Assembly (NCBI RefSeq): GCF_964204865.1
Contig: NC_135258.1
Location: 14,074,001 to 14,138,000, forward strand
Direction of reading: 5' to 3'
Length of the DNA: 64,000 nt
From: Styela clava
Taxonomy: Eukaryota
In this document: positions 1 to 12,274 of the stretch, piece by piece
Numbering within the stretch: position 1 is the first letter of the stretch
How the letters are laid out: every line of letters begins with the position of its first letter
Position numbers and translations under genes: made by a program
Notes under the pieces: model-generated
What the model saw: only the letters and a program-made list of their open reading frames with translations
Database searches by the model: none
Told to the model about the DNA's origin: nothing

Positions 1-80
1 CGGGTGTTTTAAACCCAATATAATTTCTGAAATTTTCAAATTTGGCCCCCCCCCAAAATTTTAGGCTGGCTACGCCACTG
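1..80. mobile_element. Right end of a hAT-type element, cut by the window edge
   Basis: Ends in GGCTGGCTACGCCACTG (reverse complement CAGTGGCGTAGCCAGCC), a typical hAT TIR, preceded by a C-run. The other end is outside the window. Confidence 0.55.
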
Positions 81-2043
81 CTCCGCTGTTCTCCTCTGAA
101 CCTAATGACGATTTACTTTAAACCAGTTTCGTATCAGTAACCTTCGATGCATCAAACAGAAAAAATTTAAAGCTTGTTCCAGTTGTGGTTCGTTATTTTT
201 TACCTGATGTTGGTGTGAAGATAAAACTATTAGAATTCAAATCTTTACCCAGGGAAACCGCCAAAACTTTTACTGAATACTTGCTCTCTGTTCTCGGAAA
301 AGTTGTTGGATTCTGGGCGGATAACTGCAGCACCAACTTTGGAGGCGTGAAAGACGAAAAACAAATAATGCTTTTTTTCAAACTAAAAGAAATATAACCG
401 GTATAGATTGTGCGGCTCATGTAGTTCAACACTGCACTGCGATGCCCTTTCCAACATGCAGTAGATACTTTGCCTGTTTGTGTTGTTGTCAGAATGTATG
501 ATTATTTTTACATTCACACTGTCCGAGTAACAGAGCAGAAACCATTCTGCGATTTTGTTGATATTGAATATCAACGGCTATTACAGCATGGCAACACTCG
601 GTTTCTCCCTTTATTACCTGCTTTGCAGAGGATTACGGAAATGTTTGAAAGCTTGATAAGTTATTCAAATTCTCAAGAAGGATGTCCTACTCTTATGCTT
701 AAATGTTCCAACGTACGAACTTCACTTGAAATTTGTCCTTTGCCAGCTCACCTACTTCAGCAAAATTATTTTAATTTTGGAAAAAGATAATAGTAATGCC
801 TTAGATCAGGGGTCGGCAACCTACGCCCCCCGGGCCGGATCCGGCCCGCAGAGTATTATAATCCGGCTCGTGACGCTTCACTGAATTATAGTAACAAAAC
901 AGCCGTTTTGACGATTATATTTTTTGAACTAAATCATATTATAACCTTACAAGTATATAATTCACAATTACTTGTTTAATGAGCCTTTAATTTAATTATA
1001 ATTAGACAAATGGCAACAAAACGCAGAAAAGTTGATGCTAAGTGCAAATTCAATGGCGCTGAAAATATTCAAATGGAATTTTTTGAGATGCAATGAAGAA
1101 AAAAATCTACATTCTATTCGAGCTTTCTAAAAATATGTGCGGCCCGCCAATGACTCGCAACCCTTAATTTTGGCCCGCGATCGACAAAAGGTTGCCGATC
1201 CCTGTCGTAGATGTCAAAGGTGAAGCTAAATTTGAAAGAAAAAGGGTAAAGTCTGTTAATTCCGTCGCAATCGCTTGTACTTCTGAAATCCTTGGAACGC
1301 TCTAGCGAAATCGACGTCATGTTTGCAATTTTTACGAGAAATGTCTATCGTAGCTGCATGAGGAAGCCTACAATGCTGTCAGGCCAAACATATGGACAAA
1401 TTTGAAGGGTGAAATAAACTGGACTGAAGTGATTGGTCTTCAAAATTGATAAATGATATATATGTTTGGTTGGCTAGTCAGATTTTGAATAGCGATGCAC
1501 TTTTTGACAAATACTGATGATATTTATCTGAGCATGGTTCAAATGCAATTTGGCTTACTTTGCCGGTTGAAATTAAGTGGACAGAGATGTTGAACGTTTT
1601 TTCTAACAGAAATATTAGCATTCCGAATTTGCAGAAACTCGTAGATTTTGTTTGCCGGAACATCGGCATCTGTTGAACGGATTCCTCCTTAGTTAAATAT
1701 TTTTGATCCGAAAGCAGGTTCAGAATGCCAGAAGAATATATAAAAGCACTCGTGACATGCAAATTTAATGGTGATGTCTCTTGTTATCAGTATTATGAAA
1801 AAATCAGAACATGAATTTTTGAGAAGGGTTTCATCTGCGGACAATACTTTTGGTCTAAATAAATAATACTCGTACAAACTATTTTTTTGTGTTTTTCCTA
1901 ATTCAATGATCAGTAGAGATTTACAGCCGTATATACCCTTAATGACATGGTAGGCGTTTCAATATTACAAAGACTGGCAATCGACCGAATGTTTGCCAAA
2001 TCGCACCGTCCCTGTTTTTTGTTTCAGATTTATGGTAAGCCTA
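81..2043 (+). mobile_element. Degenerate hAT (Blackjack-like) transposon with a pseudogenised transposase
   Basis: Frameshifted pieces in hAT order: FVSVTFDASNRKNLKLVPVVVRYF (first catalytic D), ADNCSTNFGG (second D), CAAH (CxxH), HGNTRFL, and GTSASVERI near 1660-1683 (catalytic E). Ends in TATGGTAAGCCTA at 2031-2043, resembling the TAGGGTNACCATA terminus. Interrupted by a MITE at 807-1204. Confidence 0.75.
807..1204 (+). mobile_element. hAT Charlie/Buster-type MITE, copy 1
   Basis: TIRs CAGGGGTCGGCAACC...GGTTGCCGATCCCTG. Degenerate 8-bp TSD CCTTAGAT/TCGTAGAT. Same family as 9993-10439 and 60896-61349. Confidence 0.9.
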
Positions 2044-2240
2044 ATTACTAACCCCCAAATGTACCCCATTTCATGTTGAAATCATCAAAACAAAGTTAAT
2101 ATTTCAATTGAGGTGAAAATAACTAGAGAGCGCATAGGAGCAAAAATTTTGTGCCGAATTGAAGGTCGCGGCGGCCATCTTGGTACGCGCGACTTTCTGC
2201 TTGCGGATGTAGTAAGTAGGTTGGATTTGCCGTGTCAGTG

Positions 2241-2705
2241 GTGCAAAATGTATCGTTCTGCGCGTTGTAGTGGATTTTCACGCTATTGTTGGTGGTTTAG
2301 CCATTAACATGGAAACGGATAACACAAAACGTGTATGCACATGAGTTGAAGAATCAAGTTTTGAAAGTCAGATGGATACGGTGCCGTACCGTTAGAATTT
2401 ATATATGTGATTCGGTATAGATACCGGTGGTAATACCATGACACCTAATATACGGAAGCATGTTCTGTAAATTAAGTCGGCTGAAATGCACGGTTTTGTC
2501 AGATTGCTGACATACCGGTACCGTACCGTATTATTCGCTGACTAGGTTGTGCTTGATTCTGATGTGTTTATACATAATGCAATGGCAGTCTAGGTCTGAA
2601 TCAATTAACAAGCTCAAATTGGAATCTGTTGAATAGCCATTATTTGTTATGACTGATTTTGCTTTTCATTTAAAAATAAATTTTACCAGAGAAACAACAT
2701 TCACC
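2241..2705 (+). repeat. Dispersed repeat, inverted partner of 7878-8373
   Basis: Several blocks are near-exact reverse complements of 7878-8373, e.g. GGATTTTCACGCTATTGTTG, GGATAACACAAAACGTGTATGCA, TACCATGACACCTA, ACTAGGTT..GATTCTGATG, TTACCAGAGA.ACAACATTCA. Confidence 0.8.
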
Positions 2706-2963
2706 TTCAAATTTAAATTATTAGATGGTTCTTGTTGTTTAGTAGGTAATCGCTCTTCTGTTTATCAAGCCTACAGTATCAAATGATTCGAAATTTTCAG
2801 AGGAAAAGATTGTTATTGTCGCTAGAAGGCTATTACTTTTACTTAAACAGAGAAAATACAACAAATCCCAATTTAGGATTTACGTATCAAAATATGTTGA
2901 TAGCAAAAATTCAGTTTTGATATCATATTCATGATTATATCGCATAAAAACAAGTAGGAGGTT

Positions 2964-3221
2964 GGATAGGATTTACATATTTATCCCGGGGGAGAGGAAA
3001 GCCGATAAGACGTCTTATCCATATGGCGAACCACGGCCTCTCGTCCGGTTACCATTCCAAGTCGGGTGTGGGATAACCGACCAGCGGTTACGTGAACCAC
3101 CCAACGACGGCGAGGAGTCCGGCAATGCTCTCGCACATAACCATCTCTGCATGGGCTTCGAACCTGCGAACCCACGCAAAGTAATTAGAGGTGCGGTGGC
3201 GAGCGTATTCCTAACGCTTAG
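2964..3221 (-). mobile_element. tRNA-derived SINE (5' truncated)
   Basis: Minus strand has a Pol III B-box-like GGTTCGAAGCC (3154-3164), a GC-rich core and a simple-repeat tail (ATCCTATCC). A diverged second copy lies at about 60526-60662. Confidence 0.7.
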
Positions 3222-3234
3222 TAGTTGTGAGCAT

Positions 3235-3526
3235 AACGCCACTGCATTAAAAATCATTATCCCCTTCGTCTCTGCTTACATATGTGGACATGGGTTTTCT
3301 ACACTTGTTCAAATTAATACGAAAACAAGGAGTACAAGATCACATGAGATAAATAAGTACATGTACGATATTTTTGTTGAGTGGCAGCTAATTTAAATGT
3401 CGTCTGAATAGCACTATGCTATTTTATTCTAATGTTTTTTTTTCCGGTTTGAAAATTTTGCGGGTTCGCAGATACTTCAGAGCAGCATAGGGGGTCCCCC
3501 AGTACATAGAGGTTGAGAACCCACTG
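3235..3526 (+). mobile_element. 3' remnant of a hAT Charlie/Buster element
   Basis: Encodes ALKIIIPFVSAYICGHGFSTLVQINTKTR, matching the Charlie C-terminal motif LxPFxxTYLCExGFS. Ends in TIR-like AGGTTGAGAACCCACTG. Confidence 0.75.
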
Positions 3527-4098
3527 GTTTAGTTATTTTGCACTTTGAAGTTTCATCAGTAGCCCATAATATTGCTATATATTACGGCATTATTTTTTAC
3601 TACCTAACACCTTTTGCATTATGTTTGAAAACCTCTTAAACACCTGTATCGTTTCACATTTCAGTTCACCACTTCACGCAATCCCCAAGCTTGGAAGCTG
3701 ATATTCCAAATGAAGTTGAAACTTGTGAACAGAAATATATTTCCCATATCATCCATGACCATTCTTACAGCTGCGGTACAAGTCTTCACAGGTTTTTTGA
3801 AAAATTGAAAATAAAAACAGAACAACCGGAGACTATCAGGAAAAAGCTGGAAGTTCCCAAGCAAAAGTCCGAGCGCCTGTAAATAATACTTCAAAACAAC
3901 AGTGTTATAAAATCAATACAAGAAAGAAATTTAATCTCCACTAGATGTGAAGAACTTCTAGGCTGCAGTCCTTCTCACCTGCACCTTCGGCAATTTTTAA
4001 GCAAATCCTTGATGCAACCACCCACAAAAAATACCTTCCTGAATTGAAAGCATTTTCCCTTAATTTTAACTTTCATTCTGCTAATTCCTACCTATTTG

Positions 4099-6520
4099 CA
4101 GTGGCGGCGCGTCAATAGGGCCAACCGGGGCACGTCCCGGTTGTTTTTCGGTATAATAAAAAATATTCGAAAAATACCTCAATATCGGTTGCACAGACTG
4201 TCTACACTAGCCATATTCTCCCGACATGGTTCATTTTTCGCTCGCAAAGCCTTCTCCGAACGTCGACGGGGCGACGCCGATTTTGCCCCGGTGGCTCATT
4301 GTATATCGTATTCTCGCTTTTATCTTCCACTCACCGCGTTTGTCTCGTTTGTTTTCTGTTTCTTTTACTAAATCATCGGGGCTAGCCCCGAAATTATGAC
4401 GACACAATGCCGACGTTTCTTACAACAACGTGTTGACATATTCACGCATTCGTTCTCGTTCCTTGGTTGCTTGAAAAGTTGATAGTTTCCTCGCCTTCGT
4501 TTTTGTCGTTTGTTTCGCTATTTGAATCAGTTAGAGACCTTTAGTCCATTTGCTTTCGATTTTTCACGTTCCTTTTGACTCCTCACTTCTACCCGGCTTC
4601 GCATTTATTAGCCTTAGACCTCATAATGAATAAGGTTGACACACTACTTCGCACTCCGTTTTCGCAGCTGCCGCTGGAACAAAAATTAGAGGTACAACGT
4701 CTTGGGACTTATCGACCAAAAAATTGTTCACTGGTACAATCCCATGACGGAGGAAAGCGTCGGCGTACATTCTGCGCAGAAACTTGGTATAAAATACACG
4801 AATGGTTGTGTTACAGCAAGGACAAAAATGCACTTTTTTGTTTTTATTGCCTACTTTTTACTACCGCCCGTGACTCACGTTGGTGTAAATTTGGTTTTAG
4901 AGATCTTAAACATCTTTCCGAGCGTGCCAGGGATCATCAATCTTCTATGGAGCATCTGGACAATGCAGTAAAATACCGAACATTCGGAAATTTTAATATT
5001 GAAGCACAGTTGGAAGAAGGACGCGCGGTTTCTATTCGTCGGCACAACCAAAACGTCGAGAAAAACCGCCATGTTCTCGGTCGATTGATAGGGCTGGCTC
5101 TTCTAATAGAGGGGTATTTTAGATATGGTGGAATACACCGCATCCCTAGATACAGTATTGAGAGATCATCTTGATGCCGCAACTGTTTCGAAAGGGTTGT
5201 GCACCAACACGTTGGAACTTCCAATCACGCGTGGTGCAGGGCGTGTCCGAAATTAGGTCTGAGCTCATTCATTGAGTGTTTCAATGGCATTCAGAGCTCT
5301 CTGGTTTGGGACGAACGCTCTGTGAGGGAGGCGGCAGGTCTAAAGCGTATGCTAGAAGATGGTAAGTTTTCATTTTTTCTCGCTTTTTTCTCCACAATAT
5401 TCTATCACGTGGATATATTATACGGCGCATTGCAGTCAAGGCTAATGGATGGAGCGTCTGTGCAGTCGTGTATTTCAGACTTCTGCGATGCTGTATCTCG
5501 TATCCGGGAAACAATAAAATACGACGACACATGGAGTGCTTCTTTACGCCGCGGGCAAACAACGCAGCGTTTGATTTTGTTTGCAAAGGAATGCTGTGAC
5601 ATTCTGGTGAATCAAATAGGCGATCGTCTGCGCACTGAACACCTTGCCGCGTTCTCTTTGATGAACCCCAAAAATTTTTCAAAATTTGCACGTCAATTTC
5701 CCATCCATTTGTTGGCTACTGTCTCCAAATTTTACCCCATGATAAACGTGGGTAAATTTGAAAATGAATTGCGATGTATATACACCAATCAAACTTTTTT
5801 GAACATCACATGCGCGCTCTATGAGTTCCTCATAGATAACAAACTACCTTTGCGGCGTCTGCAAAATTTCTGGACATCATTTTGACGACGCCTATTTCTT
5901 CCGCCGACGCAGAGCGAACATTCAGCACGCTGAAGCGTATTAAAACGTATCTCAGAAACACAATGAAGCAAGATAGATTAAATTCCTTGGCTGTTTTATC
6001 TATTCACAGAGACGTTATTTCTGGGATGCATGACTTTAATCAGCGCGTTATTGAGCATTTTGCTTCCAAGAAACCGCGGCGTGTTGCATATATGTTCAAG
6101 CAGTAGAAGTCTAGCAGCATATATATCTATGAGTGAGCGACGCATGTCCTTATCTTTGCATTACCTTTCCTTTCTTCATAGTAACGTTTTAAACCTTATT
6201 TTAGGTTTTGTCTGCTTTCCCGAAGTTTCTGTTAATATGTCATTGTATTTTTCTGGGTAAATATTGCCTTTCCTTTTGAAAGAGGTTTCAAAATAAACTA
6301 AGTCTATATTTATTAAACCCTTGACCTGGACCGGTTTTGAAGACACTTTCTTATCGTTAAAAATTGTCGCTTTTGCCGATTGGTTGTTACCGATGGAATG
6401 GTTTTTATACTCATAAAATGATGGGAGAACTTACAGCGCTCATCCTGTCCCCGTAGATGGGGGTGACTTGGACCCGCAGTAGCTTGCCCCGGTTGTCAAA
6501 ATGACCACGCGCCGCCACTG
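4099..6520 (+). mobile_element. hAT transposon (Tip100/ZMYM1-like transposase), internally deleted
   Basis: Perfect 14-bp TIRs CAGTGGCGGCGCGT/ACGCGCCGCCACTG and a perfect 8-bp TSD CCTATTTG (4091-4098, 6521-6528). Confidence 0.95.
4626..6106 (+). pseudogene. Frameshifted hAT transposase (TTF-type zinc finger to hATC dimerisation domain)
   Basis: WLCYS..LFCFYCLLF..W..GF.DLKHL..H..S.EH zinc finger and a C-terminal TTPISSADAERTFSTLKRIKTYLRNTMKQDRLNSLAVLSIH. Split over three ORFs and much shorter than a full hAT transposase. Confidence 0.85.
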
Positions 6521-6646
6521 CCTATTTGTAAGGCATACATTTAATCTAGCTTATATCCTCCTCCCATGTCAAATTTGACACTTGTATTCCGAAATTTCAG
6601 CAGAGCCTGGGTTTACTGAGCTTTCATTTAATGCCTATAAGCATAT

Positions 6647-7210
6647 TTGCTTATTTCTCTTTTTACACGTCCTTATAAATTTCAATTTTGCATATTTTTA
6701 GTATGCCATCTTTGCTTATTTCTCTTTTTACACTTCCATATGAATTTCAATTTTGCATATTTTTAGTATGCCATTTTTGATTATTTCTCTTTTTACACTT
6801 CCATATGAATTTCAATTTTGCATATTTTTAGTATGCCATTTTTACTTATTTTTCCTATTACACGTCCCTATAAATTACAATTTCGCATATTTTTAGTATG
6901 CCATTTTTGCTTATATCTCTTTTTACACGTCCCTGTAAATTTGAATTTTGCATATTTTTAGTATGCCATCTTTGCTTATTTCTCTTTTTACACGTCCCTA
7001 TGAATTTCAATTTTACATATTTTTAGTATGCCATTTTTACTTATTTCTCCTATAACACGTCCCTATAAATTACAATATCGCATATTTTTAGTATGCCATT
7101 TTTGCTTTTTTCTCTTTTTACACGTCCCTGTAAATTAGAATTTTGCATATTTTTATTATGCCACATTTGCCTATTGCTCTTTCTACACGTCCCTATAAAT
7201 TTCAATTTTG
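6647..7210. repeat. 65-bp tandem repeat (minisatellite), about 8.7 copies
   Basis: Unit GCATATTTTTAGTATGCCATTTTTGCTTATTTCTCTTTTTACACGTCCCTATAAATTTCAATTTT starts at 6690, 6755, 6820, 6885, 6950, 7015, 7080 and 7145, with a partial unit before. Confidence 0.95.
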
Positions 7211-7877
7211 AGCATTTCAGCTGTCACGCTGCACAACTGGCAGCATGAGAAAATAGACCTTTAAACCACTATCAAAAATCAATCAAATTCGATATCTTAC
7301 GTATTACTAAATTGAATATCTACTTAATTCTGTTTTTGCTAGATTTCACTATTGAACAGGACCTTAATTTAGAATATCCCTATTTTTATCAATTATTTAA
7401 TAGTCTATTGCTGATTATGGAGTCGAAATAAACTTATACTTATAATGAATTTGAAAAATCGGTCTAATTTGGCGGTTCAGGATTCTATATTACTCTCCTG
7501 ATTGATTCACTAGGACAGTCCTTTAGATTTATGGATTTTAGACTTGAATCTTCTTATTCTAATATTGTCTGCTGTAAGAAAACCCGGTGTATCTCAAATA
7601 GAACGAGAGCTTGCAAACTTTTTATAAGTTTTAATTGCATTACAAATTTTACAAAAAATAAACAAAATGCAGAAATGAAATGGCTGTGTATTGAAACTAG
7701 TAGAAAAGCTGGTTATTTGAAGAAACTGGAGGAGAGAACACCGAATTGAGAACACTTCAGGAGTAGGCAGCAACAAATGACTTGATTCACTTCACACTTT
7801 CACCTAGTAGTTAAAATATTAAAGTTGGAGGTAAAATGGCTTGCTAGATGGCTTACTGGTATTTTGCTTTCACATGG

Positions 7878-8373
7878 ATGAATGTTGTATCTCTGGTAAC
7901 ATTTAACAGTTAATCAACAGTTTCCAATTTGGGCTTGTTCATTGATTCAAACCTAGACGGACATGGCATTAGGTATCAGGGTATAGACCCATCAGAATCG
8001 AGCAAAACCTAGTTAGCGAAGCATCATTAGCTATTGCAGTATTGAGATATATTAGGTACGATATTTCAATAATCTTTCAAAACCGTTTATTTCAGCCAAC
8101 TTAATGGACAGAACGTGGTTCCATATAGTAGGTGTCATGGTATTACAACCATTATCTCTACCGATCACATATAAATTTTACTTGTATTTCACAAGCTAGA
8201 CCAAATACGACACCGTACCCACCTGGCTTCCAAAACCTGATTCTTCAACCTCTATGCATACACGTTTTGTGTTATCCTTTCCCAAGTTAATGGCTAAACC
8301 AACAACAATAGCGTGAAAATCCATTTCAACGCGCAGAACGATGAATTTCCTCAAATTATCTTACATTTTGCAC
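7878..8373 (-). repeat. Dispersed repeat, inverted partner of 2241-2705
   Basis: Reverse-complement similarity to 2241-2705, with indels. Confidence 0.8.
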
Positions 8374-9992
8374 GTCAATTTTTGTTAAGACAATTTTCGA
8401 ATTTATTTTACATAACATGGATGTGATAGACTTTTTATAAAAATTAAAGGTAATTTTTAAAGGTAGATGAGGTACCTCAAACAACGAACATTAAAGTCTA
8501 ACAAAAGATGACAATGTGTATGTTCGTAAAAATGATATTGAAGAAAGTTATGCAAGAACAGAAAATTTCAAATGTCCAGTAGTTGCAGAAAAACTCATTT
8601 ACCAACAAAATCATTGCAGAATTTGTGGCACCATCTCTTGCATCCATCACATTCGATTTACAAAAATATTCACATTTTACTTACAAACCAACTAAAACTG
8701 TATTCACAAGAAAGAATGTGCCAACTTGCCCAAAGTGTCACCATCATGGGCAGTCTTGCCATTACAGCCTACACAAAAAGAGCATTGAGATGAGAATCAT
8801 TTATTTCGACGCACAAATCTTCAAAGTTTTTAGACTTAAAATACGTACCTGTCATCTCGTTGTTTCAGTTTGTAAAAGGTAATTCAGTTTCTAAACATAT
8901 AGGTCGCGAGACGAGGCCGTCGTTTATTTTTCAGTTTCGTAGCGCACATAAAGGAATTACCTGAAAATGATTTTAAAATGTTCCTTAGAAATTTAGTAAC
9001 AAATATTGCCTTGTTCCCACTTCCAAAAGTTGCACGTTTTACGAAAAAGGCGCTTTTACTACAATATATATGTGTTACCATCTGACCTAAATTCTCTGCT
9101 TTTACGGTATCATGGGCCAATGAACGCAGACTTCTGCATGACGTAACAATTGATTGGTCAGCTGTAGGTGGATCCCCGTGGTCGGATGAATATCAGATGT
9201 ACTACTGCTCGCTTTTGCGTTGAGTTGAGTAGCCTTTCCATAGTCTTTTTTAGTTAATATTAGTCAATAAACACTTGTATCTTCTTACCATAAATAGCAA
9301 TTTTAGTTAAGCACTAGCCCATAAAACGTCGTTAAATAGGTAGACTACGGTAACTCCATGGAAGGCTAGACCTAGAAAATATGTCACAAACAACGATATT
9401 TTCTTGCTTGTATGAAAGATGATTAATTTAATGACGATTCTTGACAATTCAGCAGACTTATACTACTATATAGGCTACGGCATATTTGATTCAGAAGATA
9501 ATGGCTATTTCTGTAATGCACGTTTGTGTGAAAAAGAGGGGAAAATAATCAATTTTACTCATCTCAGTTGGTCTAAATTCATAGAGCCGACAAGAACCTG
9601 GGAAGCAATGATAAGTTATGCCTGAGTTGAAAGAAAGTAGCATTGGAAACGATTGAGAGATGAGAAATCAAGTTGTAGACCGACAGTTGATGTTTTAAAA
9701 TATAGTCTATATAGACCATAGGGCATTTCAGACTGTGTTATTTTGAAATTCAGTGTAGACTGTAGATATAGTCTAGTATGCAAACACTGCAGGACTGTAG
9801 TACATCCAATGAGCCAAGCTCATTGAGTACATCAGATAATATGCATTATGTATGAAAAGTATTAGTCGGTATTTAGTGGTATTTTACACTCCTGTTGTTC
9901 CAAATATGATTTTCTTCTTCATTTTAGATACTGTACTACAAAAGAAAATGACATTGTTTCACCAATCCAGCCTAACGCAGGCTCTAATGACT

Positions 9993-10439
9993 AAGGGGTC
10001 GGCAACCTTTTTTATCGCTCGCGGGCCAAAATTAAAGGTTGCAAGTCATTGGTGGGCTGCACATATTTTTAGAAAGTTAAAAACCGAATGGATGGCCGAT
10101 GAATCACACTTTTTCACACAGATCAGAAGTTAAATTTTGAGCAGCACGCGAAGACTAACTATTAGAGTATTTTCTGCACCATTAAACCATTTTCACTTAG
10201 CATCAACTCTTCTGCGTTTTGTTGTCATTTGTCCAATTATATTTAAATTATAGGCTCATTAAACGCGTGATTGTGAATTATATACTGGTTAGGTTATAAT
10301 ATAATTTTGACTGCACGTGTCCCAAAATAAATTTTGTTAAAGAATATAATTGTCATAACAGCTGTTTTGTTACCATAATTCAGTGGAGCGTCGCGGGCCG
10401 GATTATATTGCTCCGCGGGCCGTAGGTTGCCGACCCCTG
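9993..10439 (-). mobile_element. hAT Charlie/Buster-type MITE, copy 2 (inverted)
   Basis: AGGGGTCGGCAACC...GGTTGCCGACCCCTG. The body is the reverse complement of copies 1 and 3. No clean TSD. Confidence 0.85.
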
Positions 10440-10499
10440 CGTCTAATCCCTGCTGCTATCAGCGCTATAAAATGAATCGAACAAGAAGTCTTGAAGCGG

Positions 10500-10885
10500 A
10501 AAGGTATATGAAAAACATAACATTTGCAAACTGCTTAGATGGGCTATTCATAATGAAATACTTTGACACTTTTCGGCAATTGAAACTGCCCATCAACATG
10601 ATGTTGGAAAACTTCATTGAGTTTTTTAATTCATTTTTCTTTTCTCAACTATGAAGATCTTTTGAGGTTAACAAGGCGATAATAAATAAAACTGAGGAAT
10701 TTGTTTGTGTACTGTATGGAAAGGATATGAAGAATGTAAATGATACCACGGCACGTCCTTTTAACACTGGCAAACATATGGATTATACTCTTCCACTCAA
10801 CAATGATTCACTAAAGAGCATGTTCTGAGGGCAAATTACCAGGCAGGACTTCATCACTGTTGCCTACAACCACGGCCAAACTGAA
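10500..10885 (+). pseudogene. Academ-like (XPG-type domain) DNA transposon protein fragment
   Basis: Translates, with a stop and a frameshift, to FSQL*RSF...TEEFVCVLYGKDMKNVND...TLPLNNDSLK/EHVLRANYQAG. This resembles the ExFVCxLYG...LPPxxDxLxxHxxRAxYQA motif I associate with AcademX proteins; the family call is from memory. Confidence 0.5.
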
Positions 10886-12274
10886 ACAAGCTTGTACCAC
10901 AACTCAGTCAAAATTTAGTTGGACAAAGTGAGTTGCTGAGAGGGCGCTGTCTATAAACAGAGGTAAAACAGAGTCCTTTATTTTTCTTATACCACCATAC
11001 TGGTTTTGACTGAAAATCTTGAATTTAATTGGGGTTGGCAAGTTTCCTCATATTGATTTTACAAAATATCTGAATTATAGCATCGTATATTGGGTTATCT
11101 GATTTATAGGTAAGCTAATGTGTATTATTCTTAGCAACTGCGTTGCTTCATAATATTGACTTTTTGCTGACTGGGCACAGCTGCTGTCCTGAATATAGAA
11201 CACTAAATTACAGTCAATACCGTTATACAATACAGCAAAAAATATTTATTTAAGCAAAATGGCAGCATCGGTTTAAATTCCCATATATTGATTATTTAGC
11301 ACATAGTATACTATTTCGACAATAAAGCTATATGATCACTGATGTTATGCCTAACCGGCATTTCAAAGACAAAGCAGCTATAGTTACGACTTTGCAGAAA
11401 TGTTTTAGTCAGTGCATTGGACTTTCTAGCAACTAAGTGCAAAAAACATTAGAAAAATACATACTCCTCTATTATAAACTTCTGAAAAGGCACTCAGGCT
11501 TTGAAAAATTCAAGAAAGTATAATTACAGAAAGATAAATTCAGAAAAACCTCAGTCCCGGCCGACAAATTTGCAATTTCGGTACAGTGTACAAAAATATT
11601 TAACCAAGCCTCTGATTATAAAATATCGTGTTTAAAATTCAAAACACACACATTCTACAGATAAAAATTAAACTGTAATGAAGCACTAAAGTAGTATGCT
11701 TATTCCCAACGTATTAGTTCTTTTGGTGGAAGAAACAAAATATGTTATTTATGATTATATATGTCAGTGTTCGGCAAAGACAACAGAAGTCAATGAGGTT
11801 GGGGGATGGTTGGTCAGGACTTCCATTTTAAGACATGATCTGGTACGCATTATTGGATGATTCCATTTTGACTTTATCTTCCCCGGAGCTTTTCCAGAAG
11901 ACAGGGAACGATAATTTGGTAACAGCCCAGACAGGGCGGTTGCGTATTCTGGAGTGCAAAAGGAAGAATAAAAATTTAACAACAATATCACCAAAATACT
12001 TCAAAGTTTCTATATAACAATATAAATACTTTTATTGTCCCCCAATTGCGTTTTTACACTCCATACTATTCAACCGCCCCGTTTCCCCAGGGTTTTAATA
12101 TTCGCCTGTGGCGCGTGCCAAATTAAGATAGAGGCTATATAAACTCAAAATCAGACCAATAAGATATGTTAGGCGAGTTATAATTCTCACAAAACGAAGT
12201 TAGGTGCTAAGTGTGTTTCAATAGTTCCTCTGTGGCATGTTTTGCTTTTGTTTGCCACAGGATAAATTGTATTT

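Larger units (their letters stand above)
3690..6636 (+). pseudogene. THAP9/P-element-type transposase relic split by a hAT insertion
   Basis: DHSY (HCF-binding-type motif) followed by a coiled-coil-like stretch at 3691-3882. Removing 4099-6520 and one TSD restores one frame: PELKAFSLNFNFHSANSYLF|VRHTFNLAYILLPCQI*HLYSEISAEPGFTELSFNA. This resembles the P-transposase N-terminal block (ELRxFAxTLxFYSxxAYxYVRxxFxLP...EPGF). Confidence 0.7.

Noticed and set aside
2962-3396. 144-aa ORF and the overlapping minus-strand ORFs
   Set aside because: A chance read-through of the antisense SINE into a Charlie fragment. The 60436-60846 ORF likewise overlaps a SINE relic.
6647-7210. Regularly spaced repeats resembling a CRISPR array
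   Set aside because: Units are contiguous with no unique spacers, there are no cas genes, and the context is eukaryotic.
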